Shown here: positions 49,961-62,946 of the stretch, one piece after another
Position numbering within the stretch: the stretch's first letter is position 1
Layout: every line of letters begins with the position of its first letter
From: Octopus sinensis
Lineage: Eukaryota
Reading direction: 5' to 3'
Length of the DNA stretch: 64,000 bases
NCBI RefSeq assembly: GCF_006345805.1
Contig: NC_043003.1
Coordinates: 33,852,001-33,916,000, forward strand
Made by a program: the position numbers and the translations under genes
Notes under the pieces: model-generated
What the model was told of the DNA's origin: nothing
The model's input: only the letters and a program-made list of their open reading frames with translations
The model's database searches: none

Positions 49961-50026
<66 letters not shown>

Positions 50027-50060
50027 TGTGTGTGTGTATGTATGTATTAATATATATATA
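49685..50060. repeat. Compound TATG/CT/TA/TG microsatellite
   Basis: Direct observation. Confidence 0.95.
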
Positions 50061-50063
50061 TAT

Positions 50064-50392
50064 ACATGCATATACACACACATAATATATAAATGAATTT
50101 ATATATTTATACGTATGCATATGTATATGTGTAAGTACGTATACATTATATATACATAAAATACACATAAACATATACATGCCCGCATACAGGCGTATTA
50201 TTCATATAAGTACATGCGCACATAGAGAAATACACAGACATAGATATATATATATTTATATATATATGCGGGCATGTATATATGTTTATGTGTATTTTAT
50301 GTATATATAATGTATACGTACTGGCACATATACATATGCATACTTATAAATATATAGATTTATTTATATATTATATGTGTGTGTGTGCACGT
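50064..50392. repeat. About 125-bp inverted repeat of AT-rich cryptic-simple sequence
   Basis: 50064-50189 versus the reverse complement of 50265-50392 is about 90% identical. The ORF track shows the same peptide on opposite strands (49833..50180 minus, 50282..50464 plus). Confidence 0.92.
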
Positions 50393-50469
50393 GTGTGTGT
50401 GTATATGTATATATATATACATATATATAAACACATAATTATATATATACATATTCTCTTTTAATCTTT

Positions 50470-50600
50470 TAATTCTTTCAGTCATTTGATTGCGACCATG
50501 CTGGAGCACCGCCTTTAATGGAGCAAATCGACCCCAGGACTTATTCTTTGTAAGCCTAGTACTTATTCTGTCGGCCTCTTTTGCCGAACCGCTAAGTTAT
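50470..50600 (-). mobile_element. SINE family C, 3' fragment
   Basis: CAGTCATTTGA.TGCG.CCATGCTGGAGCACCGCC...GACCCCAGGACTTATT. Confidence 0.85.
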
Positions 50601-50621
50601 ATGTATATAGTTTGCTTACCA

Positions 50622-50656
<35 letters not shown>

Positions 50657-50848
50657 CCATGATAGATCGTTAGCCACTACATACATTTTTTTCTCTCCTT
50701 GTTTGTTCTGTGTCCCTTTCTGTAGAAGAGCATAGGCTCGAAACGTACATGACTTTTTCTATTCCTGAGCGTTACACTAATACATCTGTTCGTTTTGTAC
50801 ACCACCTGTCTTCGTCTTTTGTTTTTTTTTTTCATAAACTCTCCCTAT
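50657..50848 (+). mobile_element. Penelope-pLTR-like repeat unit, copy 2 (hammerhead-like fold, stem I decayed)
   Basis: Homologous to 32443-32615. CUGUAGA-A-GAGC-AUAG-GCUC-GAAACGU-A at 50720-50747. (TA)n on both sides. Confidence 0.65.
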
Positions 50849-50880
50849 ATATCTATATATATATATATATATATAAAATT

Positions 50881-51661
50881 ACCATTTACGGTTTATTTGA
50901 AATATTACTTTGTAAAGTAATCAACTAATGCAGAAACAGGCTTGTCCTCGGGTATCTCGTATGGATGTGATCTTTCGTTGTTTTTCCCTTATACCTATGT
51001 GAGTTATTTCTGAGTATGCATTGTATGGGAGAAATAGCCAAATTTTTGGCTGCTATTTCTAAAAAGCTCGGTGTGTGGTAAAGTAAATTATTTTACTTTA
51101 CCCAATTTTTATAAAGTAATATTTCAAATATACCGTAAATGGTCATTTTACATACCGAACACTGCTCGGTCGGATTAATTAATAATTAATTAATTCTACC
51201 CTTTTTTTATTGACAATATAATGCTTTCTCCCCAAGAATTTGAACTACAGTTTTGCTTCTGTAGGAATGCACTACTCTGTGACTCACGTGGGTGGACAGG
51301 GAGAATACTAGATCTCATTTGTATTTTTGGATTCGCTGGTACTGGTGGTCTGGCATGGTTTGTCCGGTGTTACATATATCGGACGGGTATGTTTGATTCT
51401 TAGTACTTTCAAATCTAAATCAGAAGAAATCTCTGAGTTGATGAAGGAAATGTTGGCGTTTAATCAACTAATCCAGAAACAGGCTTGTCCTCGGGTATCT
51501 CGTATGGATGTGATCTTTCGTTGTTTTCCCCTTATACCTATGTGAGTTATTTCTGAGTATGCATTGTCTGGGAGACTTTTTCTTGCAGCAGAAGAATTAG
51601 CCAAATTTGTGGCTGCTATTTCTAAAAAGCTCGGTGTGTGGTAAAGTAAATTATTTTACTT

Positions 51662-51666
<5 letters not shown>
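50881..51666. repeat. Compound direct and inverted repeat (A-R1-A'-X-R2)
   Basis: R1 50918-51103 and R2 51461-51666 are near-identical, with an insert of about 20 bp in R2. A 50881-50916 is the inverse of 51108-51143 (34/36). Confidence 0.9.
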
Positions 51667-51703
<37 letters not shown>

Positions 51704-52449
51704 TATATATATATAACATAATTATGTAAATAATCTTTTTGTAGGGAAGCTGAAAAATCGATAATTGCACACCTTTCATATTTTGGTTTGTCGTCAGTAC
51801 CAATAAAACCCCTTAAGGGTTTATTGACTCCTATTTGTTTTTTTTGATCATCAATCTAGAAGAGCAGTTGTATTGGATCTTCAACTCATGCGGAGGATCT
51901 GTTTGTGAAAGGGAAATTTTGGGATTTAAATCCTTGCTGTTCAATGTGCCACTTCAGTAATAAATGAGTAGATGTAATTTTGTGATATAATGCCTGAGAA
52001 TGTTTTATCCGGACGGTTCAGCTACTATTACAGTCAGAAGTATCTTCCTTCTCTAAAAAAAAAAAAAAGAAAGATTGCTGACTTCCAATGCAAGGTCAGT
52101 CCACTACAAACTCATGCAGAGGACCTTTTGCTTACGTGTCATCTGACAGATCAGCAGCTGATCACAATGAAACTCAAATGAGCAACCAGCAAATATAGAT
52201 TTATACGTCTTTTCTATCTGCGTGCAGTTCATATTATTAACATAACACATGCATCTTCATACACGAGGACACATACACGCGCATACAATTACGTACAAAC
52301 GCAGCATGTTCATATACTGAAACATAAATATGCCTATCTGTATGTATACTGACATGTCAAAGGCAAAACTTAGTTTATCTGTCTACACAATTTTATTCTC
52401 CGTCATTTGGAATAAACTGTATCACTCACTCACCTTCTCTCCTTCTCCT

Positions 52450-52482
<33 letters not shown>

Positions 52483-53364
52483 CCTTCCCTCTCTTTCTCC
52501 ATCTCACTCTGATTCAGAAGACTAATGTTTGTATTTTTTGTTTTGACAGATACATGTTTCAAATGCAACATGCCAGTATAATTTTAAACGCTATTAACGT
52601 TCTAATTGCTGTGTTAATACTAATTAAAAACGGCTATCTGCATAAGATCAATGCTCTAGTTACTCTTGTTTAACCCCAGTCAGTCATGACGCAGCATGCC
52701 TATGCTCAAAATCGATCGAGGTGCGACCATTCAGTTGTTCATTTAGAGAGTGCCTCTAAAACAACACTACCAAATGCATCCTGTGTCTTCCGGTAGATAG
52801 TTTCTAATAGAAAGGTATTTGGCTGCAGTTGTAACCACTCAAGAGACCCTTTGAAATATTCTTACTGGCATGTTCTGCCTCTACATATCTCTAGCAGGAA
52901 GATGAGTTTAGTTAAGCCTATTTACTCTAAACATGTAATATAAAGACGAAGTTTTCATTCCAACGATGATTTCAACAATCAGTTATGAAATTCAGTACAA
53001 TATGATTTCCCAGCTGCAAATAATTAAACTGACCAAATTAAGAGAAGAAATTTATCATAACAGTGTTGTACCTAGTATCATATTTACTGTACACCCCATC
53101 TCTGCAGTAAGATGCTTACAGATTTCTGAATATGATTCATGCTGTGAGTTCCAATAATAAATGAATGTAACATAATATTCTAGGTTACAACAGCATTACA
53201 TTCATAACTACGGATAGAATAAAAAAATAATTTGGTATAAGATTAGCGAAGTTGTAATTATGCAAACCCATCAATTACGTGTATCAAAAGATTTAATCTA
53301 TGTAACTTTTGGGTGGAAGTAATACATCAGATGCTTAATTTTATGCTTCTTACAACAAAGAGGA

Positions 53365-53445
53365 GAAGGTGATGGGATTAGTGGTAAGGTTATTGGACTC
53401 ACGATTTTTAAGTCGTTTGTTCGACTCTCGGTCCGGAAGGCTTCC
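53365..53445 (+). mobile_element. Decayed tRNA-derived SINE head
   Basis: TAGTGGTAAGG (A box), GGACTCACGA, GTTCGACTC (B box). No cloverleaf. Confidence 0.5.
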
Positions 53446-55992
53446 TTGCACTCAGCTGAAAAGGATTACCTGTGTCACCAAGGATTGAACCTGCAAAGGA
53501 CAGGGATACAAGACATTACTCATGAAAATGAAGTCTTGAAATTTTAACCTAAATTCATTGATAATACAGATATGCCCTGGTCACAAGATGTCAGCTAGGA
53601 GCATAACGTTTTTGTAAAGGAAATAACTGGAATGCGGATTTAAATATTACTTATTTTGCATCATGAACTTTGAAGAGTAATATTTTTTGTGTTTTGTCGA
53701 AAAGAAATCATTATTTTATTCTGTTTTTGACAGGAAAATAACGACAAACAATGGGAAATTTTCGAGCAATACAGCTGAATATTTGGTACAGTTAGTACCC
53801 TTGTCTATATCAAAACTATAGGATTTCGACTGTACATGCTTTTGCATCAGGAATTTTTGTTCTGTTTTCTTTGCTTTTGTGGGTTTTTACTTTCATACTG
53901 TGATTCTCCCATTCACATCAGTGGAGTTTAGTAGTTTTCGTTCTATATAAAGATGCGGAAGTTCCCCCCCAAATTATAATCCGGTTTGTTTTGTTTTCAA
54001 TAGGCTTGCAGTAGCTAGCAAAGTTTGCCTTGAGCAACAATAGAGATAAATGAAATCTTTACATAAAACTTATTTTTATTCGTATGCTCAAAATATGAGA
54101 TGTTTCATGATCAAATAATTTTGACCTAACGAGTGAACGATATCGGAGATATACGTCAGGATTTTATGCAACAGTTCTGTGGAGAAATTGAACTCAGCTC
54201 TCTACGCTAACGAACTATTCGCGTATTATAAGATATTGATTAAGCCTATACACAGTAACTATATCTGTTAAGTGAATTTAGCTTGCAAAATTCAAATCAG
54301 TTTTGCTTATAGGTACATCTTAATGTTGATGATAATAAACAAAACAATAAGTGTTCATTCTGCGGTCTAGTTTGATACCTTGTCGAATCAGCTAACCACG
54401 CTGCATATTGAAGTGTTGATAGGAAAGTATGAGTTACATAGCAGTACGGTATTAAAATCTTCTTGTGAATAATACGAAATCATTTCAACCGTATTTTTCA
54501 GTTCCCTCTCTGAAGAGCATTGTTAGAGGATTTGGCAGATACCTTATTATAGCTGATCTCAAAGTGCAGTACACTGGGTGACTCAATCATTGAAAATATC
54601 TTGGGATAGCGCAATCGATAAATGCAAAGTAGTCTTGGTGATGATAATTTCTATGATATCTGCCAAGCCATTGATTTGATATTTAGTTACTGGCTTGGTT
54701 ATCGTCGTCAGTTGGTGTTGCTATTTTGTGTGTTGTTAAATGTGATTGTCAGTCAGTACCAGACAACACTTCGTTTATTTTTTGATAGTTGCCAGATAAC
54801 TTTTGTCATCCACAAACACCAAAACAATGGGGGATATTAGTTAGCTTAAACTTCAGAATAAAGTTTAATAGTATTTGGCAACTTTCAACATCAACTTTTA
54901 TAGAAGAGCAAAAGATAGATTTTCTTTTATTAGAAAATTAAAATTTGTTATTATATAGGATTAGGTATGAACGGAATCATTCCGAAAAGATTTTCTTCGT
55001 AACTATGTGGTTCCAGGTTCAATCTCACTCGTAGCCCCTCGAAAAATTCCTTTTGCTATAATTTCGGATTTTAACGATATCATGTGAGTGAATCATACAA
55101 CACACACACACACATACTTACACACAGATGTTACCTATATTAAGAGAAGCAAAATTCTGTCTGTCCGTCTGGGATCCCTGTATCTCAGTCAACATTTGCA
55201 CTACATAGACATATACCTTTTCGAAATTAGGATGATTGAAAATTTGCCCTTCATTTGCTTCTTGAACATCCAGCATTGGAATTTGATTTAAAAGCAGTTG
55301 CTTTGCTTTTTCTAGCTTGGCTGATTCACAACATCTTGCTTGGCATTTGTCAGAGGAATCCAGAGATCAAGGGAGAGATGAATGTCATTCACTTCGTTAC
55401 TTTTTACGTCAAGATAAGAACTGTGGGAGAAATTGTTCAACAGTTGGAATTCAACTTGGGACTGATACAATAGAATGATTGCATTACCGAATTCATTCTC
55501 ATCCGTCCTTCACCTCTGATCAAACACCATTGGGGCATATCGTCATTATAGGTATGTTATAATTATGCTATTTAGCTCTCATTAGCCTTGGATCGCAGAC
55601 CCAATTAGCCTTCCGCATGAGCTCCATTAAAGATCCGCACAGAGTGCGGCTTTTAAGCTAATAACTTAGAAAATTTTTTGTTAGACTCCATTTCGGAAGT
55701 AAGAAAGAAACCTTGAGGATTGGGTTTATTTAAGCGGAGCCGGAGAAAAAAAAAGAAACGAAAGAAGTTAACGTCGATAGTGAAACATTGAAATTGTCAA
55801 GGAAGGGTAAGGGGATGGTAAAGATGATAAACGTTACGTAGTCGAAGCACGCTAGATACATGACACACATTCTTGAATATTTGAGACACACACACACACA
55901 CGCACACACAAACATATAATCTTAGACATATCTGCTGTTTAAGCAAAATGATATATATGTGTGTGTGTGTCTGCGTGTGTGTGCGTGCGTGC

Positions 55993-56028
<36 letters not shown>

Positions 56029-56029
<1 letters not shown>

Positions 56030-56195
56030 CGGGAAGCTTTATGAAAATAGACAAAAGACGAAGGCAGGTTTACGGAAATAAACAAAAGACGAAGGCAGGT
56101 GGAATACAAACAAACAATTGTATTAGTATGGCACTCAGGAAATATAAATAAAACAAGTCTTTAACGTTTCGAGCCTACGCTCTTCAACAGAAAGA
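56029..56195 (-). mobile_element. Penelope-pLTR-like repeat unit, copy 3
   Basis: Reverse complement of the 32443 and 50657 unit, with an internal duplication of AAAAGACGAAGGCAGGT. Abuts (TA)n. Confidence 0.6.
56158..56195 (-). ncRNA. Hammerhead-like motif, variant core, perfect stems
   Basis: UCUUU-CUGUUGA-A-GAGC-GUAG-GCUC-GAAACGU-U-AAAGA. Confidence 0.55.
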
Positions 56196-56220
56196 TGTAT
56201 ATAGGGAGCGAGAGACAGAG

Positions 56221-56280
56221 AGAGAGAGGGACAAAGAAATAGAGAGAGGGACAAAGAAATAGAGAGAGGGACAAAGAAAT
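56221..56280. repeat. 20-bp minisatellite x3
   Basis: AGAGAGAGGGACAAAGAAAT, three perfect copies. Confidence 0.95.
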
Positions 56281-57088
56281 AGAGAGAGAAGATGCGCATG
56301 GCCCCGATGCGAAGTTTCGCGAGGTAGACTAAGATTAAGTCTAGTTACGGGTCCCGTCAAATATTCATGGAACTGCCTTGGGTTTCTGATTCTCCAAACC
56401 CATATACCAGCTGAAACTAACCTCTCTTATAGGCTTTGCATGCAAACCAAAATCTCTACCCTCGATTTAAGGCCTCTACTTTCTAATTTCTTCTCTCCAA
56501 TTTATTTCAAACTGCGTATTTTCCTTTATAAAAAAAATATGATAGATTGCAAGATCTATGGCTATCTTATACATATACAAAAGGTATATATATTTATTGA
56601 GGGTGTTGATACGTAATTCTATAAACATTTTCTACTGGAAGGAAACTAGTCAGTCACTGTGATATATTGTATCTGCAATTCTATCGATAAAATGTGCACA
56701 TGTACGAATAAGTATATGTATACATATGTATGCGTGTTTGTATGCTTAACAGTGCTGCATCCCTTCTTGACAGAAGTAGCAGATTAACCTTTAGGTAAAG
56801 CAAAATCGATAAAGTTAATACCAACTGGAACTAAGTACTGCGAACTCTATGATCTATCAGATGTATTTAATATGGCGTATCAGTATGGCGACAGTAATGC
56901 AGCCGGAGCTAGTAGAGGAATGAAGTAAATTAATTTATTAAGTAAATTATTTACTTGTGTGCGACAATGTGAATTAAAGGTTGAACTGTTTATCACTATA
57001 ATCGCCAACGACTCATATTAACACACCTCGCATACACATGCGTAAGCGTGAGTAAACATACACATACACGCACACACAAACATGAATA

Positions 57089-57176
<88 letters not shown>

Positions 57177-57189
57177 TAGGCAGAGACAG

Positions 57190-57998
57190 AGAGAGGATTG
57201 GAAGGAGTCCTTTCTGCAATATGGATAATATATTTATCTGAGTTTATGTTTCCCCTCACACTCCACCAGCTCTGATTGACCAATGCTCCAAATTGCTCCC
57301 CAGACCATCGCAGAAAGCTGCCATGTTTCATTGTTGCTGCAATCTTCTCACATCAAATTCTTGATCATAGAATCTCCAGAACCACACTCAACGACTGTCA
57401 GAAAATACAGCATATCTGGAAGCATTTTAAGAGAATATGACAGTGCTCCAAAATGCCTGTGGCCTCTCCACCATCTCACTGGCGCGAACTTTTCTCCGCT
57501 TGATATTAGCTTGTCAAAAAAGTGGCTTCCTTCTTACTGTTCTGCTATAGTAACCGAGTTTACGAAGATACCTGACAGCTGTTCTGTGACTGATACCAAA
57601 TGGCACTGCTATATTAGAGGCTTTGTATCTAGGATTATCTCCCACACTTCTCTTAACAAAAAGAAGGGTCTTGTTAAATGACCCTGGCCAACCTAGGCGA
57701 GGTGATGAGGACTCCTACCCCTCTCTGGTGAAGTGCACAATCACACTATTTGATGTAGAAAGCGGGATCCCAAGATTTTCTGCAATTTTACACTAAATCC
57801 ACCTTCAGAATGACCCATAATGCGGCTTCTTTGATATTCAGACAGTTCCAAGTTTTCTTTTGTACATGACAGGATTAAACAGTCACATATAGAACCTGAA
57901 ACATAAAAAAATGTCAATTGATAAAAAAATAGAAACCTTTAAAAATTAGAATAAATATAAAACGATGCTTTTGGGGTTGTCTATTTATTTCTGCCATG

Positions 57999-58006
<8 letters not shown>
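57190..58006 (-). mobile_element. Tc1-family transposon, 5' two-thirds, pseudogene
   Basis: Putative end TA|CACAGACATGGCAGAAATA. Peptides LSEYQRSRIMG, IAENLGIPLST, RYLRKLGYYSRTVRRKPL, FWSTVIFS, KHG..AMVWGAIW, EGNINSDKYI..LQKGLLP. Cut by a microsatellite at about 57190. Confidence 0.92.
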
Positions 58007-58075
<69 letters not shown>

Positions 58076-58289
58076 ATGTGTGTGTGTGTGTATATATATA
58101 TGACGGACTCTCCGTCATACATATATGACATATGGGTGTTCAGCTTCTGCGGAACGACCAGCACAAATGATTTGTTTATAGTAATCAAGTGTATGCGCTG
58201 TATATTAGCTTACTCGCTCCATCGATCGACGTTGCTTGAACAGGCGTACGGTGTACCACGCGTCAAGTGTCAAAGTGATCGCCGCGCAA

Positions 58290-58395
58290 CGTGAGATGAA
58301 ATGTTTTGCTCAAGAACACAACACACCAACATGTCTAGGAATTGAAACCATGATCTCACGATCGAGAATGTAAATGTCTTGACAAATCTAAGCTG
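58290..58395 (-). mobile_element. Decayed tRNA-derived SINE (family D)
   Basis: Minus strand CTCGATCGTGAGATCATGGTTTCAATTCCT...TTGTGTTCTTGAGCAAAACATTT (B box plus CORE/V-like motif). Confidence 0.55.
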
Positions 58396-59084
58396 ATGAA
58401 AAGGGTGGACACCGGGTGATCCCCTGTTGTCTCGGCCCAACGAATACTTCAAAACAAATTCGTTAGCTGACCATGGTACGAAAGTATAGTTGTATAGCGA
58501 CTCTGTAATCTTCTACAAATTGAGTTTTATACCTATTGCTATCTTTATCATCTATAGAGCCTTTATCGAAGTCATAATTATGCTACAATTAAAGATGTTC
58601 ACGAAGTAAAAGTGCAATTCATATACTTTTAATTACACAATTATGTCTGACAAAAAGAAAATTAACTCAACTAGATATAAACCTAAATTCAATTTCTCCT
58701 GTTGCTCCTTCGACTTTACCCTTTACTTCCTCGAGATTTCTACTCAACAATTTACCATGTATTGTTAAAAGAAATCGTCCTGTAATTCTCCAGTTTTTCG
58801 GTTCGATCCTTTTGTACATTGGTGTTACCAACAACTCCGTTAATTGTTCTGGTCTTTTTTTCTGTTACATTTTTTTAAACGGGACAAGAAGGGCAGCACT
58901 TCTGAACATATTTCAGGCTTCCACTATAGTGAAATTTCCCTCTCTCATATCGAAACTATGTCCGAGATGTTGCAGTAGAGTAGACTTCGCTAAAATCTCC
59001 ATAACGGTCACATATAGTTATTAAACCGAGCGACATATAAAGTTTATCACGTCAAAATAGGGAAACGCCTTTTGACGAACTTCA

Positions 59085-59200
59085 CAGTTTCCGTCTAGCA
59101 AATTTCACTCACACATCTTTTGTCGACTCCTGGACATTTGCCGAATATGTTTCACTCTGGTGTGAAATCTCAAACCACGTAACTACGATAAAATTGTAGT
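59085..59200 (-). mobile_element. SINE family C, decayed
   Basis: TTCACAGTTTCCGTCTAGCAAATTTCACTCAC matches the family C body. Confidence 0.55.
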
Positions 59201-59744
59201 TCTGTGCAAGATCAATTTCCAAGTTAAAATCATTCCCTAAAAGCGGTGCATCATATAATCACCACACAGCTATTATATGAAGGGAGATATAACATGCAGA
59301 CGCTGCGATAAGAATTAAGGCAATATATAAGGCAAGAGATAACAAAACATATAGAAGCTCCGGGAAGAATGTGGATATCAAAACGCTAGCAACAATGGAA
59401 AGGAAGCAGGCTAGTTCACTTTGCTGGAGATTTGTACGGCTAGCAGAAGAAATAACAGGAAGAACATATAGAATATAGAAAGCACGACGAAGAACTTCCG
59501 CGCTTGTTGCACACGTTCAAAATTGTTTATATTCAGCTAAAGTAGCCTATCAAATGCAATGCAGAACAGGGAAGTTTGGCGAATCATCTGAGAAAGTTAG
59601 AAGCAATTTACACTCTTTCGTGAAGAAATGCAGAAAATAGTTTTATGTTTACAGTGTGAAGTGCAATTAGAGTAATTTCTTTGCAATGGTTTTGTTAGAG
59701 ATAAAGAGGGAAATGCATAAACATAATTGTTGTTTGAGGTGGTG

Positions 59745-59930
59745 GTTGTTGTTGGGTTTGGTCACAAGTCAAATTTAATCGAACAAAGCAACGATCAAAC
59801 ACATTCCGTTAAGCGTCCGAATGATTAAATTATCCAATAGGATATAACTTTCATTTAAAAAAAAATGTAGTGTACAATTTGATGGAGGGTTGTCTTATAT
59901 TTTAGCAAGTCAAGTGTTTATATAGATTTT
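59745..59930 (+). repeat. Decayed interspersed repeat (family E); related remnants at about 46440-46630 and 52655-52850
   Basis: Shared loose motifs (GATCAAA...CATTCC...ATTATCCAAT...GATTT.A.GGAG). Recognised from memory of octopus repeats and heavily diverged. Confidence 0.35.
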
Positions 59931-61569
59931 CCCAGATTAGTTCATTTTTCGGCAATATTTTGAGAAGTGATGAGGGAAAAAGTAAGGAAATTTGAAAGAC
60001 TCAGGCAAAGGAAAACGTATTTCTGTCCTCTATACTTCCCCTTGGAAAGAACACCAAATATGAGTCAATCCTGAGATAAAGAATGTTAATATAAGTGTTG
60101 TGACAGTGTGGGAAAATCTGTGGTTGAAATACTAATATGCGATGATGCACATTAGTTCGTTCGGATTTATGAGGTATTCATATATATTCCATTAGCCAAT
60201 ACTAACCTGAAATTTCAGGTCTGTAGGTATTATTGTTAATACATGTCGTGAACTTGACGATCCAAGCCGTTGTTGTCGTAGAGTATCCGATAGTGCACAT
60301 CCATTATGCAGCTTCCCATTGCTCTCAGATGTTGTCCTTTTCTTATGTGCTGAAGTTGTTTGGTACACAATGGCTTATTTCGATATATGCTGCTAGCCCT
60401 ATATTCAAAGACTGTTCCCGTATCCAGCATATTGGGACCCACTCAAAAGTCGTTCTCCATCCCAATCTTATCTTGGTAAGCCATTAACAAACCTATATAA
60501 AATCAACTCAAAATAGATTTTAGTGTGCAATTTTAAGTATTTTATTCTGATTACAATGACCTTCATATTAATAACTATACCAATTAATATTTTTCATATC
60601 CGATCGTACTGCAGTAAATAATATACGAATTAGTAGAGCTCTAACTTCGCAAGGCTTTATTCAAGCAGGAAGTGATAGTTTTAAAGCTCCATTTGATATT
60701 GAACTTAGCATGTTGTATTTCTCTTCTCACACGTTGCTGCTATATTTGTTTGGGCCTCTGGTGGCAAAAATATTTAGGCATTTCCATCTAAACCTATCTC
60801 ATAAAAAAAAGAAACAATTATATTTACATCTGGAAACAAATTAAATTCATTGATTTAATAATACAAATATTTAAAGACATTATCATTTTGTTGATATTTT
60901 ATTACAGGAAGAAACTGTTGTTCCTGAATTCTTAAATATACGCATAACAACAATTTATACAATGTATAATGACGGCTGAATAATGAATGGACAGAAATAT
61001 ACCCTCAAAGCAGAAATAATTCTTCTGTTTTTTTTTATTTATTTTCGTCGGAAATTGTGCTTGAAAAGGAAAAAAAATTAAATATTTTCCCTCTGTTTTC
61101 AAATATGAGATGTTACGAAAATATGCGGTGCTTACCACTGTTGTAAGTGATGAAGACAGTGTAATTACAAAATATTTTTATTGCCTTAAAGTCTTGAGCT
61201 CAATTTTTCGTACTGATAAAAACTATTGCAGGGATGTAAACGAGAATGTAACAATAGCTATCGTTATCACGAACATAGTGCAATAATTAGAAGTTTCCTG
61301 GAACCAATGCGTAGAAAAACAAAAACAGGGTTTACTTTCCAACGATCAGCAATATTCAATTGCAAAGAAAAAAAAAATCACAACAATGCAATTCGAAATG
61401 GTGTTCCATCAAATAGAAATACACATCACAATACTGGTAGTTCGGTGGTTCATTAGCATACTGCACAAGACGCAGAATTTAAATATGTCGATGACGAAAT
61501 TAAACGACCGAGTGAATACAATATTAAAGGAACAAATACATATCGATTGTATTTAATTTCCTAGGACGC

Positions 61570-61570
<1 letters not shown>

Positions 61571-61600
<30 letters not shown>

Positions 61601-61620
61601 CGTGATGGTGGTGGTGGTAG
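61571..61620. repeat. (GTA)n/(GGT)n microsatellite
   Basis: Direct observation. Confidence 0.9.
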
Positions 61621-61711
61621 TTGTTCTTTTGTTGTTCTAGTACTGATTTCATTCAACTGACAAATGACCAAAGGCATACTTACTCTCTTTTCTCAAATAA
61701 TAACGTATCTA

Positions 61712-62205
61712 GGAGGAAGCGCAATGGACCAGTGGTTAGGGCAGCGGACTCGCGGTCGTAGGATCGTGGTTTCGATTCCAAGATCGGACATTGTGAGTGT
61801 TTATTGAGCGAAAACACCTAAAGCTCCACGAGTCTCCGGCAGGGGGGGGGGGTGAACCCTGCTGTACTCTTTCACCACAACTTTCTCTCACTCTTTCTTC
61901 CTGTTTCTGTTGTACCTGTTTTTCAAAGAGCCAGCCTCGTCACACTCTGTGTCACGCTGATTCTCCCCGAGAACTACGTTAAAGGTACACGCGTCTGTGG
62001 AGTGCTCAGCCCCTTGCACGTTAATAAATGAGCTGCAACGTCACTGGTGCCAAGCTGTATCAGCCTTTGCCTTTCCCTTGGATAACATCGGTGGCGTGGA
62101 GAGGAGAGGCCAGTATGCATGGGCAACTGCTGGTCTTCCATAAACTTGTACCTCGGAGGGTAACTTTCTTGGTGCAATCCCATGGTCATTCATGACCGAA
62201 GGGGG
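61712..62205 (+). mobile_element. SINE family B, long form with tail type 2
   Basis: Same head and core as 34118 and 19422 up to ...CTCTCACTCTTTCTTC, then about 310 bp of unrelated tail. Confidence 0.88.
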
Positions 62206-62717
62206 TCACAGCAAAAATGTATCTAGGAATGCATAACATGAGAAGCCTCGCATTCATGTTCCATGCAGTCGACATTCGTATTGTAGGGCCAGCGGTGAGG
62301 AATGTAGTCCTGACGTTTGAAACCAGTTTCCTTACACCTTTGCGAATTTGCTATTGGTTTACAGTGATACTGTGAGGATTAGGCTGTTATTTCTTGTATT
62401 TTGTGAGACTACATAGACTCATATTTGTATTTCGTCGCGTATTTAGGCTCATCCTAATTGTACATACAGGTCCCGTTCATATGTGTATATTAATGGGTTA
62501 TGTAACTTCCGTGTTATATTCGATATTGTATGCTATGTCATATATTTCTAAGCTTAAGTTTATTTTATCTAAGTTTATTCAGTAACCTATACGTTTCTTT
62601 CTTTCTTTTTTTTTCTCTCAGAATCATAACCTCGGCTCTAAGCAAATATAATTGATACATAGAAATGTTAGAAGAAATTATTTTTACCTAATAATTGACG
62701 GTATTTTCGAACTGATA

Positions 62718-62932
62718 TAGATTTCACATTTTTGGCACAATGCCAGTACTTTCGTGAGGAGGGGTTAGTCGATTACATCGACCCCAGCACTCAACAGATA
62801 TTTAATTTATCGACTCCGAAAGGATGAAAGCAAAGTCGACCCCAGCGGCATTTGAACGCAGGAATTAAAGTCGATAAAAAGGCCACAAAGCATTTTATCT
62901 AGCCCGGTAAAATCCAGCCAGCTAGCCGTCTT
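62718..62932 (-). mobile_element. SINE family A, diverged
   Basis: GTCGATTACATCGACCCCAG...ATCGACTCCGAAAGGATGAAAGCAAAGTCGACC. Confidence 0.8.
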
Positions 62933-62946
62933 ATTTTTGTACTAAT

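Noticed and set aside
45349-56280. 17-bp x3 and 20-bp x3 repeats as CRISPR arrays
   Set aside because: No spacers, eukaryotic context and no cas genes.
57283-57681. 132-aa plus ORF
   Set aside because: Antisense shadow of the Tc1 transposase remnant.
60215-60487. Exon-like segment with ...TTTCAG and TTG|GTAAGC
   Set aside because: The frame open to the donor gives no recognisable protein and the others contain stops. It may be a decayed LINE.
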